Notes under the pieces: model-generated
What the model was told of the DNA's origin: nothing
The model's database searches: none
What the model saw: the letters and a program-made list of their open reading frames with translations, nothing else
Shown here: piece after piece, positions 7,956 to 17,577 of the stretch
How positions within the stretch are numbered: the first letter of the stretch is position 1
Layout: every line of letters begins with the position of its first letter
Translations under genes and position numbers: made by a program
Source of the DNA: Thermodesulfobacteriota bacterium
GTDB taxonomy: Bacteria > Desulfobacterota > Binatia > Bin18
Direction: 5' to 3'
DNA length: 64,000 nucleotides
Assembly: GCA_964291405.2 (NCBI GenBank)
Contig: OZ219926.1
Span: forward strand, 2,560,001-2,624,000

Positions 7956-10900
7956 GTGTCTCTACCTGGCGGCCCCTCTGACAAACTCGGCAATCGTTAC
8001 GAACTGTGGTGGACGGTCTCGCAACTTGTCCGAATCATGGACAGGCGGGCTGAAAGCATCCGAATTGAGGACCCGACGGTCGATAAAGCGGAGTTTGTCG
8101 TCACCGCTAGAGGTCATCAGGAGCTTCACCAAGCGAAGCGCAGTCATCCAACTGGTAAGTGGAGCCTGTCGTCTCTCGGAGGCGAGGGCCTACTCCAGGC
8201 GATGTTCGAGCAGCTTTCCCGAAACCCCAGCGCCCGGTTCGTCTTTGTCTCAGGTAGCGATGCCCCTGAGTTGAAAGAGCTGACGGAGCGGGCTGGGAGT
8301 GCGAAGAATCTGGAGGAGTTTGAGTCCGTATTTGTCAGCGCTCAGACTCAACGGGAAGCCTGTACGAAACTCAAAAGTTTCTGGGGTGGCACAGACACCG
8401 CCACGGCATACGAGATACTTCAGCGTATCGAAGTCCGTACCATTGATGAGAGAGGGCTTGAAGAACAGGTTCAAGGGTCGTTGCAGGTGCGGTTCTTGAC
8501 CAATCCGAATGACGTTTGCGACGCCCTGCGTAGCATTGTTGAAGATTCAATTCACCAGACAGTAGAGCGTGAATTTCTGATTTCTACCCTTCAGGGCAGG
8601 GGATTCACACTACGGAAGCTCACCAAACCGGATGACGCTCCTTCACTCATTTCCGAAGCAACAGCTTCCTATCTCGAAGCTGCCCGCCGAAAGCTCATCC
8701 AAGGCGCTCTCATCCCTCGTTCTTCGACTCAAGAGCTACTTGCCAAGATCAGAGAGAATATCGCCAAGGGAGCGGATTGCGTGCTGACCGGCGAGGCAGG
8801 AGGCGGTAAGACCGGTTGTGTCATTGAATGTGTGGAAGCCCTGCGTCAAGGCGATAGCCCTGTCGCGGCGCTTGCCTTTCGTCTGGACCGTCTGACCCCA
8901 GGATCGTCAACCAAAGAATTGGGCGAACAGCTTGGCTTGGAGGAATCGCCAGCGCTCGTACTAGCGACGGCGGCTGAGGCTATGTCGAGTGAGGCTGTTC
9001 TTGTGATTGACCAACTCGACGCGGTGAGCACCACATCCGGTCGCAGTGCAGACTTTTTTGAAGTTGTGGAAGACCTTTTGAGCGAGGTGCGAAGTCTACG
9101 GGCCAGAGTGAGATTTCATGTTGTGGTTGTCTGTAGGGAGTTTGACTGGAAGAACGATCATCGCCTACGCCCCCTCCTTCCTGAGAATTCTCCGAATATC
9201 GCCGTTACGGACTTCTCTCTGGACGAGGTGAAATCCGCACTTACTACCAGTGGTTTCGACACTGAGTTATTTGGCGCAAAACAACTGGAACTGCTTCGCC
9301 TTCCCCAGAACTTGGCGTTGTTCCTTGACGCTCATTACGATCCTCACTCGCGCCCAATGTTCTCTTCTCCCAAAGAACTGTTTGACCAGTACTGGAGAGA
9401 GAAGCGCCGGAAGGTCAACGAGCGTGCCGCTCCCTTATCCGATAACTGGGCCGACGTAATTCAGGTGTTGTGCGCTGAAATGACCACGACACAGCAACTC
9501 TCAGTAGCAAAGGAAAAGCTGGACCAGTTTCCAAACGACTATCTTGAGCAGATGGCCTCAGAGGGCGTGCTTTCGTCCGATGGAAAACGTTATAGCTTCG
9601 GCCATGAGTCATTTTTCGACTACAGCTTCGCCCGTGGCTTTGTCGCAAAAGAGGAATCTTTGCCCGCGTTCCTGGTGAACTCGGAGCAGCATCTCTTTCG
9701 ACGGGCGCAAGTGAGACAAGTTCTTGTCTATCTTCGTGATGCCGACCGGGGGCGGTATTGCAGGGAACTCAGCAGATTATTGGCATATGAGAGGATTCGC
9801 TTTCATCTCAAGGACCTTGCCGTTGCCCTAGCCGTTTCACTGCCAAACCCCGAAGAGAACGAATGGGATGTACTTGCACCGTGGATTGAACCTCAGCTTG
9901 ACACGCTCAGTAGCGGTAAGCCGAATCCAGACAAGTTCGGGTCAATAGTCTGGAACCATCTTTTCGGTTCGGAACCTTGGTTTGCGATTGCAGACGCCAA
10001 AGGGCTTATCTCTGACTGGCTCGCATCCAAGGATGAAGCTCTTGTCAACACAGGCGTGAATTATGTCAGTTTTCACCAGAGGCATTCAGGCGACAGAATA
10101 GCTGAGCTTCTTGAGCCATTTGTTGGGAAGGATGGTGATTGGTCTCAGCGGCTATGCAGCATTATGCAGCGGGCCAACTATGGAAAGAGCAGAAAGTTTT
10201 TCGATCTCTTTCTGAGGTTAATAGACGATGGCACTTTGGATAATGCCCATTCATCCACTAATAACCGTTCGTTTTGGCGCATGGTGTACGGATTAGGTGA
10301 GGAGCGGCCTGAGTGGATTCCCGAGGTGCTGGCCCATTGGTTACTCAGGCGATTCTCGATTATTCAAAAGACCGTGGATGGTGGAGGAAAACCTGATCGG
10401 CATAGCTGGCGTCATTTGTTCGGTCACGGTGAGTCTGGTTCAGAGCATATTTGTGATTCCGCAACCAAATTCCCCGACAAGTTTGCACATCATGTTCTGC
10501 CGGTAGTTCTGAAAATCAGCGATGAGACTGTCTACGAAGGGCAAACGCCACCAAAACGTGACGCCGTGTGGTCGTATTTCATTAACAGCGAGTATGTCCC
10601 AATTGACCAAGCATGTAGAAACGCGACTGCTGTAGCATTAGAAAAGCTCGCTGAAAGCAAGGTAGATGGTATTATCGAGATTCTTGCTGGGCTGCGGAGC
10701 CGAGATACTTACATGGCAAATTACCTTCTGCTTCGCGCCTATACAGCCGGGGCAGAGCACTTTGCCGACAGCGCAGTTTCCGATCTGTGTGACAAAACAT
10801 GGCGGTTTCACTGCGGATACTCTGATAGCCCCTACTGGATAGCGATTCAATTGATAGAAACAATCGCCCCACTTTGTTCCGACGAGAATCGCGCCAGACT

Positions 10901-12533
10901 CGAAAATACCATCCTTGATTATGTTCCCCATTACGAGCGTACTCCAGAAGGATATAAATCGAGAGGGCGCGCTTGTTTTGTTCTGCTGTCTGGTATCCCG
11001 GTCGAATTGCGGAGTAAGGAAGCCCAGGCTCGTTATGCGGAGCTTGAACGAAAGTTTGGAGCACCGGATTCTCCTCCAAAAGAGATCAAAGTTTATCAGG
11101 TGGGTTCCCCAATTGAGAAAAAAGCAGCGGAGAAAATGACGGACGAGCAATGGCTGGGGGCCATTCAAGAATATGACTCAGAGGAGAGCAAACACCGTTG
11201 GGAGAATCCTGAAAAGGGTGGTGCCTTGCCGCTTGCGCGAATGCTACAAGAGCGCGTCAAAGAAGAGCCGGAACGATTTGCCCGCTTGAGTCTTAGATTC
11301 CCTGCTGACACGAACCCAGTCTATCTGGAGCACTCTCTTATGGGCTTGAAGGAAACAGCAGGCTTCACGGAACTTAAACTACAAGTCTGCCGCAAAGCGT
11401 ACTCCGAGGCTCGTAAAGACTGTGGACAAGCAATAGCTGACTTGCTGGGCTCTATCGAAGAGGCACTTCCCGATGACGCTGTAGAGATGCTCGACTGGTT
11501 GGCAACCGAGCATCCCGAACCGGAGAAGGAGTTGTGGAGAGAAGAAGCCCCGAGCGGTAGCGTCTACTATGGCGGAGATATTCTTACACACGGCATAAAC
11601 ACAACACGTGGACGCGCTGCTTGGGCTATCTGTGGTCTCATTGGACGCGATGCCTCATATGTCGAACGCTTTCGTCCCACCATTGAACGAGTGGTCAACG
11701 ATAAGAGCTTAGCTGTTCGGGCCTGCGCGAGTTTGGCACTTTTGGTGATAATCAATCACGATTCGGAATTTGCTTTAGAACACTTCCTTCGGCTCGTCGA
11801 GCCTCGGGATAACCAAACTGACGATGAGCGTTTGCTGGCGACTCGGGACGTGGAGCGTTTCATCAATTACGGACTCTATGAATATTTTGAACGCCTCCGG
11901 CATGTTGTCGAACGGATGCTCCAGTCTGGCCATCCTGAAACGAGCAAGGCTGGTGCTCGGCTGGCGAGCATTGCGGTACTCCTTCATCACGACAACGCTG
12001 AGGCCCTTGTAGAAGAAGCGCTCCACGGTAACTCTTCGCAAAGGCTCGGGGTGGCCCAGGTGGCTTCTGCCCACATTGGCAAGGCTGAACACCGGCAATG
12101 GTCAGAGCAACAACTTCTACCGCTCTTCAACGATAGTGACAGAGAAGTCCGTCAAGAAGCGGCGAGTTGCTTCCGTTACTTGGAAGGACAATCCCTGGAA
12201 TCCTATGAAAATCTCATCAACGAGTTTTGCGATAGTGTGGCCTACCGGGAAGACTCGTCTTCCATACTTCACGCCCTTGAGGAATCTCCGCAAAAACTGC
12301 CCGGTATCACTCACACTGTCTGCGAGAAGTTTCTTGAACGATTCGGCGCTGAGACGAGGGATATGAGCACGCATCGAGCCTTTGATAGCCGCAACCTGGT
12401 AAAACTGATTCTCAGGACGTACCACCAACACCAACATGACGAGTGGGCTTCTCGATGCCTGGACCTGATAGACCAGATGTGTCTTGAGGGAACTTATGAA
12501 ATCAGGACCAATCTAGATGAGTATGAACGGTAA
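7956..12533 (+). CDS. Nuclease-STAND NTPase antiviral protein, Avs4-like
   Basis: N-terminal GNRYE...IE...AEF...HQAK nuclease-like motif; Walker A GEAGGGKT (~8790); Walker B VLVIDQLDAVS; VCREFD; FGHESFFDYSFAR; QHLFRRAQVRQVLVYLR; long helical C-terminus. Confidence 0.75.
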   Translation: MSLPGGPSDKLGNRYELWWTVSQLVRIMDRRAESIRIEDPTVDKAEFVVTARGHQELHQAKRSHPTGKWSLSSLGGEGLLQAMFEQLSRNPSARFVFVSGSDAPELKELTERAGSAKNLEEFESVFVSAQTQREACTKLKSFWGGTDTATAYEILQRIEVRTIDERGLEEQVQGSLQVRFLTNPNDVCDALRSIVEDSIHQTVEREFLISTLQGRGFTLRKLTKPDDAPSLISEATASYLEAARRKLIQGALIPRSSTQELLAKIRENIAKGADCVLTGEAGGGKTGCVIECVEALRQGDSPVAALAFRLDRLTPGSSTKELGEQLGLEESPALVLATAAEAMSSEAVLVIDQLDAVSTTSGRSADFFEVVEDLLSEVRSLRARVRFHVVVVCREFDWKNDHRLRPLLPENSPNIAVTDFSLDEVKSALTTSGFDTELFGAKQLELLRLPQNLALFLDAHYDPHSRPMFSSPKELFDQYWREKRRKVNERAAPLSDNWADVIQVLCAEMTTTQQLSVAKEKLDQFPNDYLEQMASEGVLSSDGKRYSFGHESFFDYSFARGFVAKEESLPAFLVNSEQHLFRRAQVRQVLVYLRDADRGRYCRELSRLLAYERIRFHLKDLAVALAVSLPNPEENEWDVLAPWIEPQLDTLSSGKPNPDKFGSIVWNHLFGSEPWFAIADAKGLISDWLASKDEALVNTGVNYVSFHQRHSGDRIAELLEPFVGKDGDWSQRLCSIMQRANYGKSRKFFDLFLRLIDDGTLDNAHSSTNNRSFWRMVYGLGEERPEWIPEVLAHWLLRRFSIIQKTVDGGGKPDRHSWRHLFGHGESGSEHICDSATKFPDKFAHHVLPVVLKISDETVYEGQTPPKRDAVWSYFINSEYVPIDQACRNATAVALEKLAESKVDGIIEILAGLRSRDTYMANYLLLRAYTAGAEHFADSAVSDLCDKTWRFHCGYSDSPYWIAIQLIETIAPLCSDENRARLENTILDYVPHYERTPEGYKSRGRACFVLLSGIPVELRSKEAQARYAELERKFGAPDSPPKEIKVYQVGSPIEKKAAEKMTDEQWLGAIQEYDSEESKHRWENPEKGGALPLARMLQERVKEEPERFARLSLRFPADTNPVYLEHSLMGLKETAGFTELKLQVCRKAYSEARKDCGQAIADLLGSIEEALPDDAVEMLDWLATEHPEPEKELWREEAPSGSVYYGGDILTHGINTTRGRAAWAICGLIGRDASYVERFRPTIERVVNDKSLAVRACASLALLVIINHDSEFALEHFLRLVEPRDNQTDDERLLATRDVERFINYGLYEYFERLRHVVERMLQSGHPETSKAGARLASIAVLLHHDNAEALVEEALHGNSSQRLGVAQVASAHIGKAEHRQWSEQQLLPLFNDSDREVRQEAASCFRYLEGQSLESYENLINEFCDSVAYREDSSSILHALEESPQKLPGITHTVCEKFLERFGAETRDMSTHRAFDSRNLVKLILRTYHQHQHDEWASRCLDLIDQMCLEGTYEIRTNLDEYER

Positions 12534-12562
12534 CGCGGATGGCGGTTGCGAATCGGGTGCAT

Positions 12563-12592
12563 GTTGGATTACGCTTCGCTAATCCAACCTAC
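12563..12592 (-). repeat. GTAG-type REP
   Basis: Minus strand reads GTAG-GTTGGATTA-GCGAAGCG-TAATCCAAC. Confidence 0.8.
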
Positions 12593-12703
12593 AGGAACTG
12601 ATGTATGGTCGGGAGTCGGAATATTGGACAGGATACGCCAGAGCCGTTAGTTGTCCGATGACTGGACGGTCGTGATGAGAAATGAGCATAGAGATCAAGT
12701 GCC

Positions 12704-12868
12704 ATGAGTCAACAATACAGAAGCGGAGCCTTGGCGGCTGTGTACGAAGCCGCACTCGGTCTTCACGAGGCCGGCGCGATGGACAAACAGACGCTGGAGG
12801 TGTTCGACGAAATGTGTCTGACGCCAGTCGAACAACTGACATCGGATCAGAACCAGCCGCCGGAATAA
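12704..12868 (+). pseudogene. Truncated HigA2/XRE-type antitoxin lacking its HTH
   Basis: Manual translation MSQQYRSGALAAVYEAALGLHEAGAMDKQTLEVFDEMCLTPVEQLTSDQNQPPE* matches the N-half of this family; not in the ORF track (under 60 aa). Confidence 0.7.
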
Positions 12869-12898
12869 CCTTAGCCGAGGAATCCCCGCTCCCCGCCG

Positions 12899-12926
12899 CT
12901 GGATGCCGGATCACGTCCGGTATGAC
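12899..12926. repeat. REP/RPE-like palindrome
   Basis: CTGGATGCCGGATCACGTCCGGTATGAC hairpin (ATGCCGGA/TCCGGTAT arms). Confidence 0.7.
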
Positions 12927-12966
12927 GAGGGCGGAACGGCAGGGCTCCAGCCAAGCATGAAACACC

Positions 12967-14205
12967 CTAGCGCGTCAGCGATGGGAAAAGCGGTTCCGTG
13001 CTGATAATACCCTCGTCAGAGAGCCGCTGTATCTCCTCTTTCGATAAGCCGAGCAGGCTGCCGAAGATACGCTCGTTGTGTTTGCCAAAGCTCGGGGCGG
13101 GTCGCCGTACGACCGAAGGCGTATCGGAAAATTGAGGAACGAAGCCCGGATAGAAGTGCGGCCCGGTTTCCTCTTTCTCGATTGTTAACAGAAACTCACG
13201 CGCGGCCAGGTGCGGGTCACTCAGCACTCCGGCCCCGGACAGCACGACTCCGGCTGCTATCCCTGCTTCTTGCAGGCGTTCCATCAGCGCAGTTGCCTCC
13301 TGCTCCTGCGTCCAGGCGCTGATGTATTGGTCGAGTTCTTCCTCGGCCGTCTTTCTCTCCTGTGCTGTATCGAACCGACCGTTTTGCGCCCAGGCCGGAT
13401 TCCCCAACACGTGACAGAAAGTACGCCAGTCCTCGTCCGACGTGACAGCAATCGTTAGCCACTCATCTTCGCCCTGACACGGATAACACCCGTGGGGCGC
13501 CATGCTGGGGTGACGATTGCCCAATCGCGTCTGAGAGCGGCCATTGATGGTATATTCCAGCAGCGCGGCGGCGTTGAACGGTAAGAGTCCCTCAACATGG
13601 GACAGATCAATCGAGACCCCTGCGCCGCGCCGTTCCTGTTCAAATGTCCCGACCAGCGCCGCGAAGCAGGCGTTGAGCGCCGACACCGGGTCGCCGATGG
13701 CGTTGCTGAGCATCTGGGGCGGGCCGTCTTCATAGCCACTGACCCCGGTTATCCCGGCCATGGCCTCGGTGGTCGTCCCAAAACCGAGGTATTCGCTCTC
13801 CGGGCCGCTATCCCCAAAGGCGGGCAGGGTGACCATCACGAGTTGCGGGTTGACCGCTTTCAGGGTGTCAAACTCAACGCCGAGTTTACGCAAACTGCGC
13901 GGCGGATAGTTGGCCACCAAGACATCGCTGATCCGGACCAGGTCGCGAAACAGCTCTCGTCCCCGCGGATGGGTGAGTTCCAGCGCAATGCCGTATTTAT
14001 TCCGATTAACCGTATTAAACGTTGGCGACTGCTCGTAGGGCCTGCCCCCGTCTTCCGTGACCTCAGGAGCGGCTCCGCGCCACCAGTCCATATGCGATGG
14101 GGATTCGACCTTAATGACTTCCGCACCAAAGTCAGCCAGCAGACAGGTCGCCAACGGGCCGGCCCAGCCATTGGTTAAATCCACGACGCGTAGCGGTTGT
14201 GTCAT
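12967..14205 (-). CDS. CoA-transferase family III (CaiB/BaiF)
   Basis: LRVVDLT..WAGP...LADFGAEVIKVE, NRNKYGI, GNRHP..APHGCYPC, APSFGKHN. Confidence 0.92.
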   Translation of the reverse strand: MTQPLRVVDLTNGWAGPLATCLLADFGAEVIKVESPSHMDWWRGAAPEVTEDGGRPYEQSPTFNTVNRNKYGIALELTHPRGRELFRDLVRISDVLVANYPPRSLRKLGVEFDTLKAVNPQLVMVTLPAFGDSGPESEYLGFGTTTEAMAGITGVSGYEDGPPQMLSNAIGDPVSALNACFAALVGTFEQERRGAGVSIDLSHVEGLLPFNAAALLEYTINGRSQTRLGNRHPSMAPHGCYPCQGEDEWLTIAVTSDEDWRTFCHVLGNPAWAQNGRFDTAQERKTAEEELDQYISAWTQEQEATALMERLQEAGIAAGVVLSGAGVLSDPHLAAREFLLTIEKEETGPHFYPGFVPQFSDTPSVVRRPAPSFGKHNERIFGSLLGLSKEEIQRLSDEGIISTEPLFPSLTR

Positions 14206-14232
14206 ACGCTTGCTCCTGTGTCTTGATATTTC

Positions 14233-15477
14233 TCAGTTAATTGCGCCCGCAGCCCGGAGGCGATGCAAATCGGCGTTGCTATAGCCCAGCTTTTCGCCCA
14301 GCACACTCGCCGTGTGCTCCCCGACACGGGGCGCGCGATGGAGGCGGAGGATGGGCTGTCCGCTTTCACGGGACGGGGGACCGGGGATGGAAACGGTTCC
14401 TCCTCCGGGACACTCGACCTCGATAAACGCCTGACGCTCTTTGAGTTGGGCCCATTCGACGACCTCTTGGGCGGAAGGGATCGGCGACAACGGAATCCCA
14501 CGGGCTTGCGCGGCATGATAGATGTCCCACTTCTTGCGTTCGCGCATCCACGGAATAAGCGCTGCGTGTAATTCACCGGCACACGTTGCCAGGGTCGTGA
14601 TGTTCTGAAAGCGCGGATCACCTGCCAGGTCGGGCCGTTCGATCAGTTCGAGCAGAGCGACAATTTGATGCGGCAGGCCGGCATGTACGCCCACATAACC
14701 ATCCGCACATGGCAGCGTGACCAAATTCGGAAACGCCGCGTGGAATTGTTTACCCGAACGCTGGCGGACAAAGCCCGAATAGGAAAACGCCACAAAGTCA
14801 TACAGGGACGTGGCAATCAGGGCCTCCTGAATGGAGACCTCAACATGCTGCGCGGCATGCGTTGCGTTCCGGTTCCGTACGGCCTGCAGGGTGCCAATGG
14901 CGGCGTATAACCCGGCCACGTATTGGCCGAACGCGCCCCCCGGCTGGACCGGAGGACGATCCAGTTCACCCATCGGATAGGTCCAACTGCCCAAGGCAAA
15001 GGCCACACTGTCGGTCATCCGATAGTCGCGGTAGGGGCCGGATGCGCCGAAGTTCGAGATGGCAATACTCACCAGCCGTGGGTTGGCGGCCCGTAGCACC
15101 TCTTGGCCCAAACCCAGGCGTTCAAGGGTGCCCGGCCGGAAATTCTCGACGACAACATCAGCCCGTTCAACCAAGCCTAAGACCGCCTCGCGTCCAGGTT
15201 GACATGTGAGGTCAATCGCCACCGACTGTTTGCTGGTATTCAAGAAACAAAAGAGGCCGCTCTGCTCTTTTGTGGGGGAAGGGTCCCCCAAGCCCCCTCT
15301 GCCAGGCTGATCGTCAAAAAATGGCGGCAGGGCCCGCCCTCCTTCACCACCTGCCGGCGGTTCAATCTTGATGACCTCAGCCCCATAGTCGCCGAGCAAT
15401 TTTGTACAATAGGGCCCCGCAATGTAATGGGTGAGGTCAATAACGCGAATGCTACTCAAGGCTCGTTCCAGGGACAT
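14233..15477 (-). CDS. CoA-transferase family III (CaiB/BaiF)
   Basis: IRVIDLTHYIAGPYCTKLLGDYGAEVIKIEP, LNTSKQS, APRVGEHT; RBS AGGAGG before the ATG at 15477. Confidence 0.92.
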   Translation of the reverse strand: MSLERALSSIRVIDLTHYIAGPYCTKLLGDYGAEVIKIEPPAGGEGGRALPPFFDDQPGRGGLGDPSPTKEQSGLFCFLNTSKQSVAIDLTCQPGREAVLGLVERADVVVENFRPGTLERLGLGQEVLRAANPRLVSIAISNFGASGPYRDYRMTDSVAFALGSWTYPMGELDRPPVQPGGAFGQYVAGLYAAIGTLQAVRNRNATHAAQHVEVSIQEALIATSLYDFVAFSYSGFVRQRSGKQFHAAFPNLVTLPCADGYVGVHAGLPHQIVALLELIERPDLAGDPRFQNITTLATCAGELHAALIPWMRERKKWDIYHAAQARGIPLSPIPSAQEVVEWAQLKERQAFIEVECPGGGTVSIPGPPSRESGQPILRLHRAPRVGEHTASVLGEKLGYSNADLHRLRAAGAIN

Positions 15478-15617
15478 GCCGAACCTCCTGTCTTCCAATA
15501 CCCAAGGAAGATGTGAGTATTGGACATCTGTAACACGGCTGTCAAGCTTGACGTTGCACGGGTGACACCCTCCTTCCGTCGTTCTGCAGGCGACATCCAA
15601 AGCGAGGGCCGAGCGGA

Positions 15618-15647
15618 TTGACGAAGGGGGAGTTCTCTCTATACACT
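15618..15647 (+). promoter_or_regulatory. Putative sigma70 promoter
   Basis: TTGACG-N18-TACACT upstream of the 78-aa gene. Confidence 0.45.
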
Positions 15648-15709
15648 GCTAAAGTGAACGTACACCTGTACGCGGAGTCACGGGGTTAACGCGCGCAGAG
15701 AGGACTCGC

Positions 15710-15946
15710 ATGATTATTGACTCAGAAACCTTCGGTGAAATAGAAAGCGCCGTCACCCAGGCGACCCAGGGGATAGGTTCCGCCACTCAGCTTGTCAAAG
15801 GACTCGGTCCCCAAACCGAAGAGGCCCGCACCTATATTGGCCGTCTGCTCAATCAGATCCTCGAAGTTCAGGTCTATGTCCAGCGCGCGGGCGCCGTCCT
15901 TGATGCGGTCAAAGAAGCTAATCAAGAAGAGTCGTCCCGCCAATAA
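15710..15946 (+). CDS. Small helical hypothetical protein
   Basis: RBS GAGGA, upstream promoter-like site, amphipathic helical 78-aa product. Confidence 0.7.
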   Translation: MIIDSETFGEIESAVTQATQGIGSATQLVKGLGPQTEEARTYIGRLLNQILEVQVYVQRAGAVLDAVKEANQEESSRQ

Positions 15947-16060
15947 GAGGAGCACGCGAATCGCTCCGCTCTCGGGCTTGCCTTTTCTCCCGCTTCGGAC
16001 AAAGGCATCTCACTCCCCGAGGATTGTCTGAGGCATTGAGAGTGAGATTCAGCACCCGCT

Positions 16061-16651
16061 ATGAATAGCAGCATTTTGCACATCCGTGATCGGCTCTCGA
16101 AGCATAACCCCGCTCTGGCCGATATTGATGCGCCGATGCGGGCGGCGGTAGCGCTGCTCCTGCAACCCCGCCCTGACGATGTGTACGTGTTCTTCATCCA
16201 CCGTGCCCACCATCCCCACGATCCCTGGTCCGGACACATGGCCTTTCCTGGAGGGCGTCAGGAGCCGGAGGACCCGGACCTGTTTGTCACCATCCAGCGC
16301 GAGACCTATGAAGAGGTGGGGATTGATCTTGCCGAGCATGGCGAATACCTCGGCCGTCTGGCCGAAGTGCAAGCCTCGGCGCGCGGAAAACAGATTGGCA
16401 TGGTGGTGTCTCCGTTTGTCTATCTCGTCTCTCGGGACGCCAGTCTGGTACTCGATCCGGTTGAAGTCCAGGACGTCATTTGGGTCCCGCTGTCATTCAT
16501 GCAACAGGACGGCGTAGAACAGATCGTCCAGCGCAAGCTCCAGACCGGATCGACCATTCAGGTGCCCGCGCTCCTCTACGGCGGGAAAACGATTTGGGGC
16601 CTGACCTACCGGATGCTGCGGGGATTTCTGGAGCTTATTGCCGAGCCGTGA
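16061..16651 (+). CDS. NUDIX hydrolase, CoA pyrophosphatase family
   Basis: DPWSGHMAFPGGR...RETYEEVG Nudix box; IWGLTYR. Confidence 0.9.
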   Translation: MNSSILHIRDRLSKHNPALADIDAPMRAAVALLLQPRPDDVYVFFIHRAHHPHDPWSGHMAFPGGRQEPEDPDLFVTIQRETYEEVGIDLAEHGEYLGRLAEVQASARGKQIGMVVSPFVYLVSRDASLVLDPVEVQDVIWVPLSFMQQDGVEQIVQRKLQTGSTIQVPALLYGGKTIWGLTYRMLRGFLELIAEP

Positions 16652-16680
16652 GGAGAGATACGCTCGCCTCCCACGCGGTC

Positions 16681-17505
16681 TCAGAGTGCCTCGTGTAAGA
16701 ATTCGTGGACCACGCTGATAAATCCGTCCGGATTATCGAGCATGACGTGGTGGTAGGTGTTCGGCACCTCGACCCAGCGACTGTTGGGCAGACCGGCACA
16801 CATCCGCTCCAGCTTCTTGGGCGAGAGGACCGGGCTATGCTGTGCCTTCACAATCAGTGTGGGACAACTGATACGCGGGAGTAAAGACCAGCCATCGATG
16901 GGCTCCCGAAAGAGGGTGCGACGGTCAAGCTTGGCCGTCCATTTCCCGTTTGGGAGTTCGGTAAATGCAAAAGAAGCCAGGTAACGCAGCTTGTCTTCCG
17001 AGATAAAGGACTCGCGCGGGAAGACGCGAAAACGCGCAAGGGCTTCCTGAAATGAGTCAAAGACTCGAGCTGGTTTTTCTCCCATGCGGCGCAGGAGTTT
17101 GACGGCCGCTTCGGGATAGCCGGGCTCGATATCGACAAGAATCAAGGCGTCGAGCGCTCGGGCGTGCTCGGCCGCATAGATGAGGGTATTATGTCCGCCC
17201 ATTGAGTGGCCCAACAGCACGTGGCGTTCAATATCCAAGGTGTGGACCAGTTGGTGAAGGTCATCGACATAGTGCCGGGTGCTATAGGCTGGCGGCTCCG
17301 CGTGCTGGCTTTCGCCGTGCCCCCGCCAGTCCGGGGTGATCACTCGAAAGGACTCGGTAAAGGCCGGCGCAATAAAGTCCCACCAGCGGGTGTGGGCCGA
17401 CCCGCCATGGCAGAAAATAAACGGGCGCTTGCCTGCCGTCCCCCAATCGAGGTAGTGCAGGCGCAGGTCGTTGATCGTGACAAAGTGAGACTGGGGTTGG
17501 GACAT
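16681..17505 (-). CDS. Alpha/beta hydrolase
   Basis: HGG, DWRGHGES, GHSMGG nucleophile elbow, C-terminal HH. Confidence 0.9.
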   Translation of the reverse strand: MSQPQSHFVTINDLRLHYLDWGTAGKRPFIFCHGGSAHTRWWDFIAPAFTESFRVITPDWRGHGESQHAEPPAYSTRHYVDDLHQLVHTLDIERHVLLGHSMGGHNTLIYAAEHARALDALILVDIEPGYPEAAVKLLRRMGEKPARVFDSFQEALARFRVFPRESFISEDKLRYLASFAFTELPNGKWTAKLDRRTLFREPIDGWSLLPRISCPTLIVKAQHSPVLSPKKLERMCAGLPNSRWVEVPNTYHHVMLDNPDGFISVVHEFLHEAL

Positions 17506-17519
17506 GGGTGCTGATAACC

Positions 17520-17551
17520 CCGCAGGGGCGTCACGAGTGTCGCCCCTGCGG
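17520..17551. repeat. REP-like palindrome (GCAG variant)
   Basis: CCGCAGGGGCG-TCACGAGTGT-CGCCCCTGCGG. Confidence 0.7.
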
Positions 17552-17577
17552 CTCTGTGCTTTTCCGAGAGTGCTTTC

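Noticed and set aside
12579-12965. 128-aa minus and 92-aa plus ORFs
   Set aside because: They are read-throughs of REP sequence and an antitoxin remnant in another frame.
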